The notes beneath the pieces are model-generated. The model searched no databases. It saw nothing but the letters and a program-made list of their open reading frames with translations, and was not told the origin of the DNA. A program made the translations under genes and the position numbers. Below, in pieces: positions 40,212 through 50,981 of a DNA stretch of 64,000 nucleotides (the stretch's first letter is position 1; every line of letters starts with the position of its first letter). This DNA is from Alphaproteobacteria bacterium (GTDB taxonomy: Bacteria > Pseudomonadota > Alphaproteobacteria > GCA-2731375), in the NCBI GenBank assembly GCA_965232515.1, contig CBDDPY010000002.1:4480001-4544000 (forward strand), read 5' to 3'.

Positions 40212-40982
40212 ATGCAGAATCTGTTCGACCTGACCGGCAAGGTCGCCATCGTGACCGGCTCGACCAAAGGCATCGGCAAGGCAATCGCTGCGGCATTTGC
40301 GGCGCACGGCGCCAAGGTCGTGATCTCCAGCCGCAAGGCGGACGCCTGCGATCAGGTTGCCGGCGAGATTGCCGCCGCCGGTGGCGAGGTGATCGCCATT
40401 CCCTGCAACGTGTCGCACAAAGACCAGCTGCAGAACCTGGTCGATCAGACCCGGGCCGCCTGGGGCCAGATCGACATCCTGGTCTGCAACGCCGCGGTCA
40501 ATCCCTACTACGGCTCGTCGCTGGACATCCCGGACGACGCCTTCGACAAGGTCATGGGCGTCAACATCCAGGCCAATACCTGGCTTTGCAACATGGTGAT
40601 CCCGGAAATGCGCGAGCGGAAGGACGGCTCGATCATCATCGTCTCGTCGATCGGCGGCCTGAAGGGCAGCCCGGTGATCGGCGCCTACTGCATCTCCAAG
40701 GCCGCCGACATGCAGATCGCCCGCAACCTGGCTGTCGAGTTCTCGCCCGACAACATCCGGGTCAACTGCATCGCGCCGGGCCTGGTGAAGACCGATTTCG
40801 CGCGCGCCCTGTGGGAGAACCCCGATGCCGCCAGGGCGCGGATCGATCAGACGCCGTTGCGGCGCCTCGGCGAGCCGGAGGACATCGCGGGTGCTGCCGT
40901 TTATCTCGCCTCGCGGGCCGGTTCCTGGACCACGGGCCAGACGCTGGTGGTCGACGGCGGGGTCACGATCGGCGGCGGCTGA
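40212..40982 (+). CDS. Short-chain dehydrogenase/reductase
   Basis: TGSTKGIG, CNAAVNP, YCISK; GAGG RBS. Confidence 0.92.
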   Translation: MQNLFDLTGKVAIVTGSTKGIGKAIAAAFAAHGAKVVISSRKADACDQVAGEIAAAGGEVIAIPCNVSHKDQLQNLVDQTRAAWGQIDILVCNAAVNPYYGSSLDIPDDAFDKVMGVNIQANTWLCNMVIPEMRERKDGSIIIVSSIGGLKGSPVIGAYCISKAADMQIARNLAVEFSPDNIRVNCIAPGLVKTDFARALWENPDAARARIDQTPLRRLGEPEDIAGAAVYLASRAGSWTTGQTLVVDGGVTIGGG

Positions 40983-41023
40983 GGCGGACCGCGGTAGCGG
41001 CAGGTCTCAACGAAGCCAGCGTC

Positions 41024-43834
41024 ATGCAGCAGGTTCGGAACAAACGCAGCATTGTCGACCGGCGTGCTCTCGCCGTCCGGCTCGAGCAGCTGGCCGACGA
41101 CGCCGCGCCGGATTCGACTGAATTGCGGACCGCGGTGCTGGCGGAACTCAAGGCCGCCCTGCAACACGGGCGCGACGAGGTGCGCGGCCGGCTGGAGACG
41201 GGTGCGTCCGGGAACGATGTTGTGCGCGGCAACTGTTTCCTGATCGATCAGCTGATCCGGGTGCTCTACGACTTCACCACCCAGATCGTCTTTCGCGTCA
41301 CCAATCCGACGGCTGGCGAACGATTGGGGCTGGTCGCGGTCGGCGGCTACGGACGCGGCGAGCTGGCGCCGTTTTCCGACGTCGACCTGTTGTTCCTGCT
41401 GCCTTACAAGCAAACGCCCTGGGGCGAGCAGGTTGTCGAGTTTTTGCTCTACATGCTCTGGGACATGGGGCTGAAGGTCGGCCATGCCACCCGCTCGGTC
41501 GACGAATGCATCCGGCTGGCCAGGAAGGATCTGACGATCTGCACCAGCCTGCTGGAAAGCCGCTATGTCTGGGGCGATCAGGCGCTTTACCTCGAGCTGA
41601 AGGAGCGCTTCGAGGGGGACATCCTGTCGCGCGGCGAGGCCGATTTCGTGGAGGCCAAACTGGCCGAGCGCGACGACCGGCATCAGCGTCTCGGCGATTC
41701 CCGTTACGTGCTGGAACCGAACATCAAGGACGGCAAGGGCGGTCTGCGCGATCTGCACACGCTGTTCTGGATCGCCAAGTACGTCTATCGCATCGGCGAT
41801 GTCGGCGAGTTGGTCGGCCGTGGCGTGCTGACCGCGCGCGAGCACCGAAACTTCGCCAAGGCCGAGGGTTTCCTGCGCACCGTCCGCTGCCATTTGCACT
41901 ATCTCGCCGGCCGCGCCGAGGAGCGTCTGACGTTCGACCTGCAGGCCGAGATCGCGGCCCGATTGGGCTATACCGATCACGCCGGCACGCGCGGCGTCGA
42001 ACGCTTCATGAAGCACTATTTCCTCTACGCCAAGAATGTCGGCGACCTGACGCGGATCTTCTGCGCCGCCATCGAGGAACAGCATAAGCGCAAGAAGCGT
42101 CTGCGGTTCCCGCGCCTGGGCCTGCGCCGGCGCGAGATCGACGGCTTTCTTGTCGAGGGCGACCGCCTCAACATTTTGCGGGCCGACGATTTCGAGCGCG
42201 AGCCGGTGAAGATGATCCGGTTGTTCCACGTCGCCCATGAGCGCGATCTGGACATCCATCCGGACGCGCTGCGGCAGATCACCCGCGACCTGCGCCTGAT
42301 CGACGCCAAGCTGCGCAAGGATCCCGAGGCCAACCGGCTGTTCATGGAGGTCCTGGCGGCGAAGCGGGACCCGGAAACCACGCTGCGCCGCATGAACGAG
42401 GCCGGCGTCTTCGGCCGCTTCGTGCCCGATTTCGGCCGCGTCGTCGCGCAGATGCAGCACGACATGTACCACGTCTATACCGTCGATGAGCACACGATCC
42501 GCGCGATCGGCATTCTGGCAAAGATCGAGAACGGCACCTACGCCGAGGACCATCCGCTGTCGGCGGAAATCATCCACAAGGTGCTGTCGCGCCGCGTGCT
42601 GTATCTGGCGGTGCTGCTGCACGATATCGCCAAGGGGCGTGGCGGCGAACATTCCATCCTGGGCGCCGAAGTGGCGGAACGGCTGGGCCCCCGGCTGGGC
42701 CTGGAGCCGGCCGAAACCGAAACCGTCGCCTGGCTGGTCCGCTATCACCTGGCCATGAGCTCGACCTGCTTCAAGCGTGATCTGGAAGATCCGAAGACCA
42801 TCGAGGATTTCGTCGAGCTGGTGCAGAGCCCGGAGCGTCTGCGTCTGCTGCTGGTGTTGACGGTGGCCGATATCCGCGCCGTCGGACCGGGCGTCTGGAA
42901 CGGCTGGAAGGGACAGCTGCTGCGCGACCTTTATTACAAGGCCGAGGAGCGCATGCTGGGCGGCGACGCCACGGTGGCCCGGACCGAGCGCATTGCCCGC
43001 GTTAAGGCCGAACTGGCCGAGCGCCTGACCGACTGGGAGGCGGCCGACATCGAGCAGCATCTGGCGCTTGGGCCCGATGCCCTGTGGCTTTCGGCCGACG
43101 CCGAAACGCACGAGCGCTGGGCGCGCCTGATGCGCGCGGCCGGCCGCAATGAGGTGGCGCTCAGCATCGACACGCGCGTGCACCCCTTCCGGTCCGTAAC
43201 CGAGGTGACCATTTTGACGCCGGACCATCCCGGCCTGTTCTCGCGGCTGGCCGGCGCCATGGCGGTCAGCGGCGCCTCCATCGTCGACGCGCGCATCCTG
43301 ACGACCAGCGACGGCATGGCGCTGGACGTCTTCTGGCTGCAGGACGCCGACGGCGGCGCCTTTGACCGGTCGGATCGCCTCGCCCGTATGTCGACCAGCA
43401 TTCGCCGCGCCTTGAGCGGCGACATCCGCATTCGTGAAGCTTTGGCGGACCGGCGCGGCAAGCTGCCGGCGCGAGCCGACGTCTTCACGGTCGAGCCGCA
43501 GGTGCTGGTCGACAATAACGCGTCCAACACCCACACCGTGATCGAGGTCAACGGCCGCGACCGGCCGGGCCTGCTGCACGAACTGACCCGCGCCTTCTAT
43601 GACGTATCGTTGAGCATTAGCCAGGCCCGCATCGCGACCTATGGCGAGCGCGCGGTCGACGTCTTCTATGTGAAGGATCTGTTCGGCCTGAAAGTCACCA
43701 ATGGCAACAAGCTGCGGGCCGTCCGCAACCGGTTGCTGACGGCGCTGGAAGATCCCAACAAGAGCGATAAGGCGGCCAGGCCGAAACGCGCCCGCGCCGC
43801 GCCCACCGAATCGACGCCCGCCGCCGCCGAATAG
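41024..43834 (+). CDS. glnD: PII uridylyltransferase
   Basis: AVGGYGRGELAPFSDVD, EPNIKDGKGGLRD, YTVDEH, LLHDIAKG, two ACT domains. Confidence 0.97.
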   Translation: MQQVRNKRSIVDRRALAVRLEQLADDAAPDSTELRTAVLAELKAALQHGRDEVRGRLETGASGNDVVRGNCFLIDQLIRVLYDFTTQIVFRVTNPTAGERLGLVAVGGYGRGELAPFSDVDLLFLLPYKQTPWGEQVVEFLLYMLWDMGLKVGHATRSVDECIRLARKDLTICTSLLESRYVWGDQALYLELKERFEGDILSRGEADFVEAKLAERDDRHQRLGDSRYVLEPNIKDGKGGLRDLHTLFWIAKYVYRIGDVGELVGRGVLTAREHRNFAKAEGFLRTVRCHLHYLAGRAEERLTFDLQAEIAARLGYTDHAGTRGVERFMKHYFLYAKNVGDLTRIFCAAIEEQHKRKKRLRFPRLGLRRREIDGFLVEGDRLNILRADDFEREPVKMIRLFHVAHERDLDIHPDALRQITRDLRLIDAKLRKDPEANRLFMEVLAAKRDPETTLRRMNEAGVFGRFVPDFGRVVAQMQHDMYHVYTVDEHTIRAIGILAKIENGTYAEDHPLSAEIIHKVLSRRVLYLAVLLHDIAKGRGGEHSILGAEVAERLGPRLGLEPAETETVAWLVRYHLAMSSTCFKRDLEDPKTIEDFVELVQSPERLRLLLVLTVADIRAVGPGVWNGWKGQLLRDLYYKAEERMLGGDATVARTERIARVKAELAERLTDWEAADIEQHLALGPDALWLSADAETHERWARLMRAAGRNEVALSIDTRVHPFRSVTEVTILTPDHPGLFSRLAGAMAVSGASIVDARILTTSDGMALDVFWLQDADGGAFDRSDRLARMSTSIRRALSGDIRIREALADRRGKLPARADVFTVEPQVLVDNNASNTHTVIEVNGRDRPGLLHELTRAFYDVSLSISQARIATYGERAVDVFYVKDLFGLKVTNGNKLRAVRNRLLTALEDPNKSDKAARPKRARAAPTESTPAAAE

Positions 43835-43881
43835 CGCCGGCCGCCTTTCGCCCGCCCAAGTTTTCCGCTATCACGCCGGGC

Positions 43882-45429
43882 ATGGCGCTTATCCGGTCCG
43901 TCGCCACCGTTGGCGGCTATACCATGATCAGCCGCGTGCTGGGTTTCGCGCGCGATATCCTGATCGCCGCGTCGTTGGGCGCCGGACCTGTCGCCGACGC
44001 CTTTTTCGTCGCCTTCAAGCTGCCGAACTTTTTCCGCCGGCTGTTCGCCGAGGGCGCGTTCAACGCCGGCTTCGTGCCGCTGTTCTCGGGCCTGCTCACC
44101 ACCGATGGCCGGATGCGCGCGGTCGCTTTCGCCGAGCAGGCCCTGGCGGTGCTGCTGGCGACGCTGCTGCTGTTCGTCTCGCTTTTCCAGATCGCCATGC
44201 CCTGGGTCATGCAGGTCCTGGCGCCCGGCTTCGTCGACGATCCGGCGAAGTTCGACCTCGCGGTGGTGTTCACACGCCTGACCTTCCCCTATCTGCTGTT
44301 CATCAGCCTGGTATCGCTGTTGGGCGGCGTGCTGAATTCGCTGCAGCGTTTCGCTGCCGTCGCGGCGACGCCGATCCTGCTGAATATCTGCCTGATCGCC
44401 GCGATCACCATCGGCGCCGAGTTCACCCCGACGCCGGGCCATGCGCTGAGTTGGGGCGTGGCCGTGGCCGGCGCCGTGCAGTTCGTTTGGCTGTTGTTGG
44501 CGCTGGGCCGCGAGGGCATCGCCCTACGCTTACCATTGCCGCGGCTGACGCCTGCCGTGCGCGAGTTGCTGCGCTTGATGCTGCCGGCCGCCATCGGCGC
44601 CGGTGTCGTGCAGATCAACCTGGTGGTCGACATTATTCTGGCGTCACTGCTGCCCGACGGCTCGGTGTCGTATCTGTTCTATGCCGACCGGCTGAACCAG
44701 TTGCCGATTGGCGTGGTCGGCGTCGCCGTCGGTACGGCCCTGCTGCCGCTGATGAGCCGGCAGGTCGCCGGCGGTCAACACGGCGATGCGTTGGCCAGCC
44801 TGAACCGAGCGGTGGAGCTATGCCTGCTGTTGGCGGTGCCGGCGGCGGCGGCGTTCATGGTGGTGCCCGACGCCCTGGTGACGACGCTGTTCCAGCGCGG
44901 GGCCTTCGGCGCGGCCGAGAGCCACGCCACCGCGCTGGCCCTGATGGCCTATGCTGTCGGCCTGCCGGCCTACGTCCTGGTCAAGGTGCTTGGCCCGGCT
45001 TTCTTCGCGCGTCGAGATACGCGCACGCCGGTTATCACCGGCGGCATCTCGATGGTGGTCAACATCGTCCTCAATCTGATCCTGATGCAGTTTCTGGCGC
45101 ACGCCGGTCTCGCGCTCGCGACCGCGCTGGCGGCCTGGTTGAACGTCGGCCTGCTGACCATGATCTTGGCCCGGCGCGGTGACTTCCAGGCCGATGCGCG
45201 CCTGAAGCGGGTCTGCGGCCGGCTGCTGCCGGCGACGGGCCTCATGGCGCTGGGTCTGTGGGGCGGGGTGCACCTGCTTGCCACGCCGCTCGCCGGCGGC
45301 GAGGTCTGGCGGGCCAGCGCCCTGGCGGCGCTTGTCGTCGGCGGGCTGGTGCTCTATGGGGCGGCGGCGGCGTTGTTCGGCGCGGCCCGCCCGGCCGATC
45401 TCAAGGCCCTGCTGCGCCGCGGCGGTTGA
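43882..45429 (+). CDS. murJ: Lipid II flippase MurJ
   Basis: SRVLGFARD, AFKLPNFFRRLFAEGAF, YADRLNQLP. Confidence 0.96.
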   Translation: MALIRSVATVGGYTMISRVLGFARDILIAASLGAGPVADAFFVAFKLPNFFRRLFAEGAFNAGFVPLFSGLLTTDGRMRAVAFAEQALAVLLATLLLFVSLFQIAMPWVMQVLAPGFVDDPAKFDLAVVFTRLTFPYLLFISLVSLLGGVLNSLQRFAAVAATPILLNICLIAAITIGAEFTPTPGHALSWGVAVAGAVQFVWLLLALGREGIALRLPLPRLTPAVRELLRLMLPAAIGAGVVQINLVVDIILASLLPDGSVSYLFYADRLNQLPIGVVGVAVGTALLPLMSRQVAGGQHGDALASLNRAVELCLLLAVPAAAAFMVVPDALVTTLFQRGAFGAAESHATALALMAYAVGLPAYVLVKVLGPAFFARRDTRTPVITGGISMVVNIVLNLILMQFLAHAGLALATALAAWLNVGLLTMILARRGDFQADARLKRVCGRLLPATGLMALGLWGGVHLLATPLAGGEVWRASALAALVVGGLVLYGAAAALFGAARPADLKALLRRGG

Positions 45430-45505
45430 CCCGACCATCGGCCTGCGCGATAACCTCGCGCCTGCGGCCGCCCGGCCGGGCGTTTGCGAACGGGTATGAC
45501 AAGAA

Positions 45506-46504
45506 ATGAATCGGATCTTTTCGGGCGTCCAGCCCACCGGCAACCTGCATCTCGGCAACTACCTCGGCGCCATCCGTAACTTCGTGCGCCTGCAGGACGA
45601 CTATGAATGCATCTATTGCGTCGTCGACCTGCATGCCCTGACGCAGTGGCAGGATCCGGCCGAGCTCAAGCACAATACCCGCGAGGTCGCGGCGGCCTAT
45701 CTGGCCGCCGGCATCGATCCCCGCCGGCACATCATCTTCAACCAGAGCCAGGTACGCGAACACTCCGAACTCGCCTGGATCTTCAACTGTGTTGCACGCC
45801 TCGGATGGCTGAACCGGATGACGCAGTTCAAGGAAAAGGCTGGCAAGAATCGCGAGAATGCCTCGGCGGGCCTTTACGTCTATCCCGTTCTGATGGCGGC
45901 CGACATTCTGCTCTACAAGGCGACGCACGTGCCGGTCGGCGAAGACCAGAAGCAGCACCTAGAGCTGACCCGCGATATCGCGCAGAAGTTCAATCACGAC
46001 TTCGGGCGCGAGGTCTTTCCGCTTACCGAGCCGCTGATATTCGGCGAGGCGACCCGGGTGATGAGCCTGCGCGACGGCGCCAAGAAGATGTCCAAGTCGG
46101 ATCCATCGGACTATTCGCGCATCACGCTGACCGACGGCCCGGACGAGATCGCGTTGAAGATCCGCAAGGCCAAGACCGATCCCGAACCGCTGCCGCAGAC
46201 GGCCGAGGGCCTGGACGATCGCCCCGAGGCCGACAATCTCGTCGGCATCTATGCGGCATTGACCGACAAGACCCGGCAACAGGTCCTCGACAGCCATGGC
46301 GGCGAGCCGTTCTCGCGCTTCAAGGAAGACCTGACCGATGTCGCGGTGGCGGTCCTCGGGCCGATCGGCAATGAGATGCAGCGTCTGCTGGCGGCGCCGG
46401 ACGAAGTCGATGCGATCCTCGCGAACGGCGCCGAGCGGGCCTCGGCCCTGGCGGCGCCGACGCTGGCCGAGGTTCAGGACGTTGTCGGCCTGCTGACTTC
46501 CTGA
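45506..46504 (+). CDS. trpS: Tryptophan-tRNA ligase
   Basis: [30 protein letters not shown]. Confidence 0.98.
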   Translation: MNRIFSGVQPTGNLHLGNYLGAIRNFVRLQDDYECIYCVVDLHALTQWQDPAELKHNTREVAAAYLAAGIDPRRHIIFNQSQVREHSELAWIFNCVARLGWLNRMTQFKEKAGKNRENASAGLYVYPVLMAADILLYKATHVPVGEDQKQHLELTRDIAQKFNHDFGREVFPLTEPLIFGEATRVMSLRDGAKKMSKSDPSDYSRITLTDGPDEIALKIRKAKTDPEPLPQTAEGLDDRPEADNLVGIYAALTDKTRQQVLDSHGGEPFSRFKEDLTDVAVAVLGPIGNEMQRLLAAPDEVDAILANGAERASALAAPTLAEVQDVVGLLTS

Positions 46505-46530
46505 ATGGGGATCGGTCGGCGAAGAACGGT

Positions 46531-47937
46531 TCAGGCGTCGATTTTTGCCGGACCGTCGTCGGCCTTGGCCTCGAACAGCGACTTGAACAGCATCTTGTCC
46601 GAGAACGGTTCGACGCCGGCGAGCGAATCGACGAAGTCCGGCAGGGCGTCGCCGGCGATGTAGTTGAAGCCGGCGCACACGGCCGCGGTGGTCGCGCTGA
46701 GCGACGTCAGCCCCTGAACATAGCTCAACAGTTTCGATTCCTCGGCCAGCTCGGCGAACTTTTCGAGCATCTTGTGAATCTGCTTGTCGTTTTCCGTCAG
46801 ACCGCTGAAATCGCAGCCGATGGCGTGGATGCCGAGCATTTTCCACGGCATCATGCTTTTGGCGTTGGGCGCGATCCGAACGATCACCGAGCGACAACGG
46901 AGCCGCAGGTACTGCACGATCTCGCGGATCCGCCGCTCCGGCAGATCCGTGCCGGTCGCGATCAGTTCGAACACCAGGTGTTTGCGGACCTGTTCGGTTA
47001 TCGATACCGACAGATCCGCGAAGTGCTGTTTGTGCGGCCGTCTGTCGACCGTATGGATGTGCACCGGTACGACGACGATCGACTTGCAGCCTGTCGCCAA
47101 CTGCACGTTCAGCTCGTTGATCGACTTGTGTAGCAGCGGCAGGTCGAAGACGGCCGTATTTGCCGCATACGCCAGTTGCGGCCGACCATTGCCGCTGTCG
47201 CTACCGGTCTGGCGGATCGTCGGTACGGCGATGAACGACGTGATGAACTTCTGCTTCACGTGCCACATGGGCCGATAGGCGCATTGCGCGTCCGGCGGCA
47301 GCGCCACCGCGGCTTCCCGGGCGGCGCGCTCGGGATCCTTGCCGTCGTCGGCCAGCATGGTTTCCATGGCCCGGCGCGCCCAGGTCTCCATATCGCCGTC
47401 GCGGATCAGCTTGCGCTTCTGCAGTCCGGTGACGGCCACGACCTCGCCGTCGTCGCCCTTGCTCACGCGGGGCTGCTGCTCCAGCAATCGGCGCTCATAG
47501 GCGGCCTTCTCGTTTGCCGGCAGGCTTTCCTTCCAGATCTCGGTCAGCTTGTCCTGGATACTGGCGGCCACGCCGCAGGCATGTTCCTCGCGATCTTCGG
47601 CATCGATGTCGGGCACGTAAAGCACGACTGAACCGTCGGCCAGAATGACGTAACCGCCGCTGCCGGCGAGTTCTTCATCGATCGTCGTTCGGGCGATGTC
47701 CGGAACCTGCTCGCTCAGCCAATCGTCGCGATTGCAGCCGGCTGGTCGGAAATTCGAGACACTGATCCATTCGGCTTGGCGCAGCGCGACCTCGCCGAAC
47801 TCGGCGACGAGTTGGCGCAGGGTCCGTTCCTGCTGACCCGCGGGTGCGGGTTCCGGCGCCGGCGGGCGCGGTTCCTCCAATACCGCCGGCTGGGCGGCCT
47901 GTTCGCGAACCTGGGTCATCTGCCCGGTATCTGCCAT
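46531..47937 (-). CDS. Degenerate GGDEF/EAL-like signalling protein
   Basis: YRPMWHV, DLPLL, LVFEL, SYVQGL, AGFNYIAG follow EAL-fold motif order, but no EAL or DDFGTG motif. Confidence 0.6.
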   Translation of the reverse strand: MADTGQMTQVREQAAQPAVLEEPRPPAPEPAPAGQQERTLRQLVAEFGEVALRQAEWISVSNFRPAGCNRDDWLSEQVPDIARTTIDEELAGSGGYVILADGSVVLYVPDIDAEDREEHACGVAASIQDKLTEIWKESLPANEKAAYERRLLEQQPRVSKGDDGEVVAVTGLQKRKLIRDGDMETWARRAMETMLADDGKDPERAAREAAVALPPDAQCAYRPMWHVKQKFITSFIAVPTIRQTGSDSGNGRPQLAYAANTAVFDLPLLHKSINELNVQLATGCKSIVVVPVHIHTVDRRPHKQHFADLSVSITEQVRKHLVFELIATGTDLPERRIREIVQYLRLRCRSVIVRIAPNAKSMMPWKMLGIHAIGCDFSGLTENDKQIHKMLEKFAELAEESKLLSYVQGLTSLSATTAAVCAGFNYIAGDALPDFVDSLAGVEPFSDKMLFKSLFEAKADDGPAKIDA

Positions 47938-47988
47938 TTTCCTACCCCCTTCGGCATCCGATCGGGCGGCCGGTAAGCCGCCGTCGAT

Positions 47989-48396
47989 CTAGGCGCCGGC
48001 GAGCGTCTCCTTGACGGTTTGCAGGATTACGTCGAGCTCGATCGGTTTTTGCAGCACGCGGTCGGCGCCGAAGTCATCGGCCAGTTTCAGAAAGTCGAAA
48101 TTCGCGGTCCGGCCGCCACCCGACATGCCGATGATCTTGGCGCCGGGATGCTTGCGGCGGATCTGCACGATCGTCTCGACGCCTTCCTGTACCGGCATGA
48201 TGATGTCGGTGATCAACAGGTTGGGCGTCAACTTGTCGAAAGCCTGCACGCCCTGACGGCCGTCCTCGGCCTCGAATACCTCGTAGCCGGCTTCTTCCAG
48301 AATATCGCGCAGCATCACGCGTACCTGGGACTCGTCGTCGACCACGAGAATCCGGCCTCGGCTTTTCTTCTTTTTCGCGTTTGCGCTGGTCACCAT
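47989..48396 (-). CDS. Single-domain response regulator
   Basis: ILVVDDE, ITDIIMP, MSGGG, QKP. Confidence 0.9.
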   Translation of the reverse strand: MVTSANAKKKKSRGRILVVDDESQVRVMLRDILEEAGYEVFEAEDGRQGVQAFDKLTPNLLITDIIMPVQEGVETIVQIRRKHPGAKIIGMSGGGRTANFDFLKLADDFGADRVLQKPIELDVILQTVKETLAGA

Positions 48397-48459
48397 AGTC
48401 AAATCCACACTGTGCGTTTGTCGTTGGGAAGCGTTGAAGGAGGTCCGTCGCCGGACGGC

Positions 48460-48858
48460 TCACGTCGCATTGCCGTCGATCCAGGCCGCGCGCAGCATCT
48501 CTTCCAGCGCGTCGATCGTGATCGGTTTGCCCAGCTTGCCCAGCATCTGCAGCCCGTGCCTCTCGCCGAGTTGCTCGGCATCGGTCAGCGCGCTGCCGTC
48601 AAGACCGCTCATCACCATGATCTTGGCCCGGCAGGATTGCTCGGCGAGCGTATGCAGCAGTTCTCCCTCACCGGCGCCCGGCATGAGCAGATCCAGCGAG
48701 ATCACGGACGGCGCAAAGGTCGCGACATTCGCCTTGAAGTCGGCGATGTCTGCCGTGTCCTCGACGTCGAAGCCCAGATCCTCGGCCACATCGCGAATGA
48801 AATCGCGAATGCCGTCTTCGTCATCGACGATCATCAATCTGTTGGGATTGGCGCTCAT
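48460..48858 (-). CDS. Single-domain response regulator
   Basis: IVDDE, LDLLMP, MSGLD, GKP; GGAGG RBS. Confidence 0.88.
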   Translation of the reverse strand: MSANPNRLMIVDDEDGIRDFIRDVAEDLGFDVEDTADIADFKANVATFAPSVISLDLLMPGAGEGELLHTLAEQSCRAKIMVMSGLDGSALTDAEQLGERHGLQMLGKLGKPITIDALEEMLRAAWIDGNAT

Positions 48859-49167
48859 GACATGCCTCCCGATACGTCACGGGCGCACGGTGCGGACAGA
48901 CGGATCGGCTGTCGCCTATCCGGCATGCGGGGGGCGATTGGTATTGGTTGAGCGGCGGGATGACGCACGTAGCTCTCCTGTGGTCTCGCAACCCTCCCCA
49001 TTTGATGATTGGCGACCCGCCTGTGTGGGTAATGATTGTGGTTTGATTCTATTAAAAACTCTTTGATTGTAGGAATTTGTCGAAAATTCTTTTTATAAGC
49101 ATCCGATAATCTCATCCACTGGTATGAAAACGCTCGATAAACGAGGTATCCGGTTCGATGTTGCAAT

Positions 49168-50580
49168 CTATGCATGATTGTTCGCCGCGGTTCCGGCATC
49201 GCAGAACAGCGCCTCGAACATCATCTGTGGGGTGAACGGTTCGATGCCGGCCAGCGTATCGGCCTCCGCCGGCAACGTCTGGCCCGCGACATAGCTGAAA
49301 CCGGCGCAGACCGCCGCCGTCGTGGTGCTGACCGACGGCAGGCCCTGGACATACGATTGCAATCCGCTGTTGTCCGCCAGCGCCGCGAACCGGTCGAGCG
49401 TTTTTAGAGCCCGGCGTTCATTGTCGACACGATCGGTCACATCGACGCCCACGGCGTGCACGCCAAGCTGTTTCCAGATATTGAGGGACGTGGCGTCCAG
49501 CGGCAGCCGGACGATCACGGCGCGGCACCATTGGCGGATCTGGGCGACGATGTCGGTGGCTTGAAAGTCCGGCATATCGCCCGGCGGAACGATCAACTCG
49601 AACACGATATGACGCCGCGCCATTTCGGGGCTGTTCCGGCAGATCTGGACGAACTCTTCACGAAAGCGGGGACGGAACAGGGTCTGCGCATGCACGGGCG
49701 GCATCACGATCATGCGCCGCCGTTGCTTCAGCGCGCCGGTCAAATCGCTGATCGCACGCCGCAGCAACGGCAGATCGAGCGCCGACGTGGCCTCAGGTTG
49801 CGCGGGATCCGGCAGCAGGGCGTCGCCAACCACCATTCCCTGCGGCGCTTGCCGTACGGCGGGCAGGCTGACGTAGGAGGTCAGCATTTGCCGGCGGACG
49901 TGCCACATCGGCCGGTAGACGGTCTGAACATGCTCCGGCAGCGCCTTGGGCACATCGGCGCTTTCGTCGTTGCCGCGCTGCTCGAGAAACTTGATCACCG
50001 ATGCCACCGTCGCGCCCGTCGCTCCGGATTTCCGGCCCTCGCCCACAGCCGCCGCCGGCGCGGCGTCGGCGGGTGTGCCGTTGCCGCCGGCGACGGTCGT
50101 CAATCGCGGGCCGTTTGCGGCCTTTGATCCCTCGCCGCCGCTCGCCCCGGGTTGCCGCCGGGGCCGTGACGGTGTGTCGCCGTCCTGTCGCTTCTGAATG
50201 CGTTGACGGATGGTCTTGCCGACGGCGCCGGCGATGACGTTTCGCGTCGGCGCATCGCAGTTCGGCAAGTGGATCAGGAAAGAGCCGTCGGGCAGCTCGA
50301 CATAAGCATCACACTCGCTGAAGTTCGCATCCATGATGCGCCGGGCCGTGCTGGCGACCGCGGTCGCCGTCGCGCCGTCTCGTTCGGCCGGCAGCATCAT
50401 GTCCAGCCGCAGCCACTCGGCGGCGGCAAGCAGATTGTCCGTGCCGTTCGCCTTGACCAATTGGGCGAGCGTCGTTTCGTACCGGCCGGATTGCCCGGAG
50501 GCATTCGCGCTCGCCCCGGCCTTTGACAGCAACGCCAGAAATGACTTGTCAAAGCGGTTTGACGGCGAAGCTTCCGACAT
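49168..50580 (-). CDS. Degenerate GGDEF/EAL-like signalling protein, paralog of 46531-47937
   Basis: YRPMWHV, DLPLL, IVFEL, LGVHAVG, SYVQGL, TTAAVCAGFSYVAG shared with the paralog. Confidence 0.6.
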   Translation of the reverse strand: MSEASPSNRFDKSFLALLSKAGASANASGQSGRYETTLAQLVKANGTDNLLAAAEWLRLDMMLPAERDGATATAVASTARRIMDANFSECDAYVELPDGSFLIHLPNCDAPTRNVIAGAVGKTIRQRIQKRQDGDTPSRPRRQPGASGGEGSKAANGPRLTTVAGGNGTPADAAPAAAVGEGRKSGATGATVASVIKFLEQRGNDESADVPKALPEHVQTVYRPMWHVRRQMLTSYVSLPAVRQAPQGMVVGDALLPDPAQPEATSALDLPLLRRAISDLTGALKQRRRMIVMPPVHAQTLFRPRFREEFVQICRNSPEMARRHIVFELIVPPGDMPDFQATDIVAQIRQWCRAVIVRLPLDATSLNIWKQLGVHAVGVDVTDRVDNERRALKTLDRFAALADNSGLQSYVQGLPSVSTTTAAVCAGFSYVAGQTLPAEADTLAGIEPFTPQMMFEALFCDAGTAANNHA

Positions 50581-50981
50581 ATCACATACCCCAACGGCCC
50601 ACGCCCGCACTCGACCGGGCCATTCCGCGCTTCCCGCTTAGGCGTCCGAATGCAACCAACGGACGCGTTAATAGTCAGCTGTTCATGTCACATGGTAGGA
50701 TATTCCCAACTAATATTTGATGAACCGTATTGAAAAGATTGGTCGGTTCAATGATGTGAATGAGGATTTCGTATGTTGGGTGGCTATTTATGATGGGTTA
50801 ATGTCAATAATGATCGATGTAAACTCCAGAATTTTGGAGATCTATAAGAAATAAAATCGAAGTGAATTATCGTATTTTGAAAATACGCCTAAGAGAACGG
50901 GATAAGTTCGTTATTTGAACTCATGTTTATCCGGCATGGTCGGCGAAGGTTTATTACCGCCAATCCGGAGCGGACGCGATC

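Noticed and set aside
40127-43834. 1235-aa ORF as an extended or fused GlnD
   Set aside because: The first 299 codons are an off-frame overlap of the SDR gene (40212-40982); GlnD-like sequence begins at about ATG 41024.
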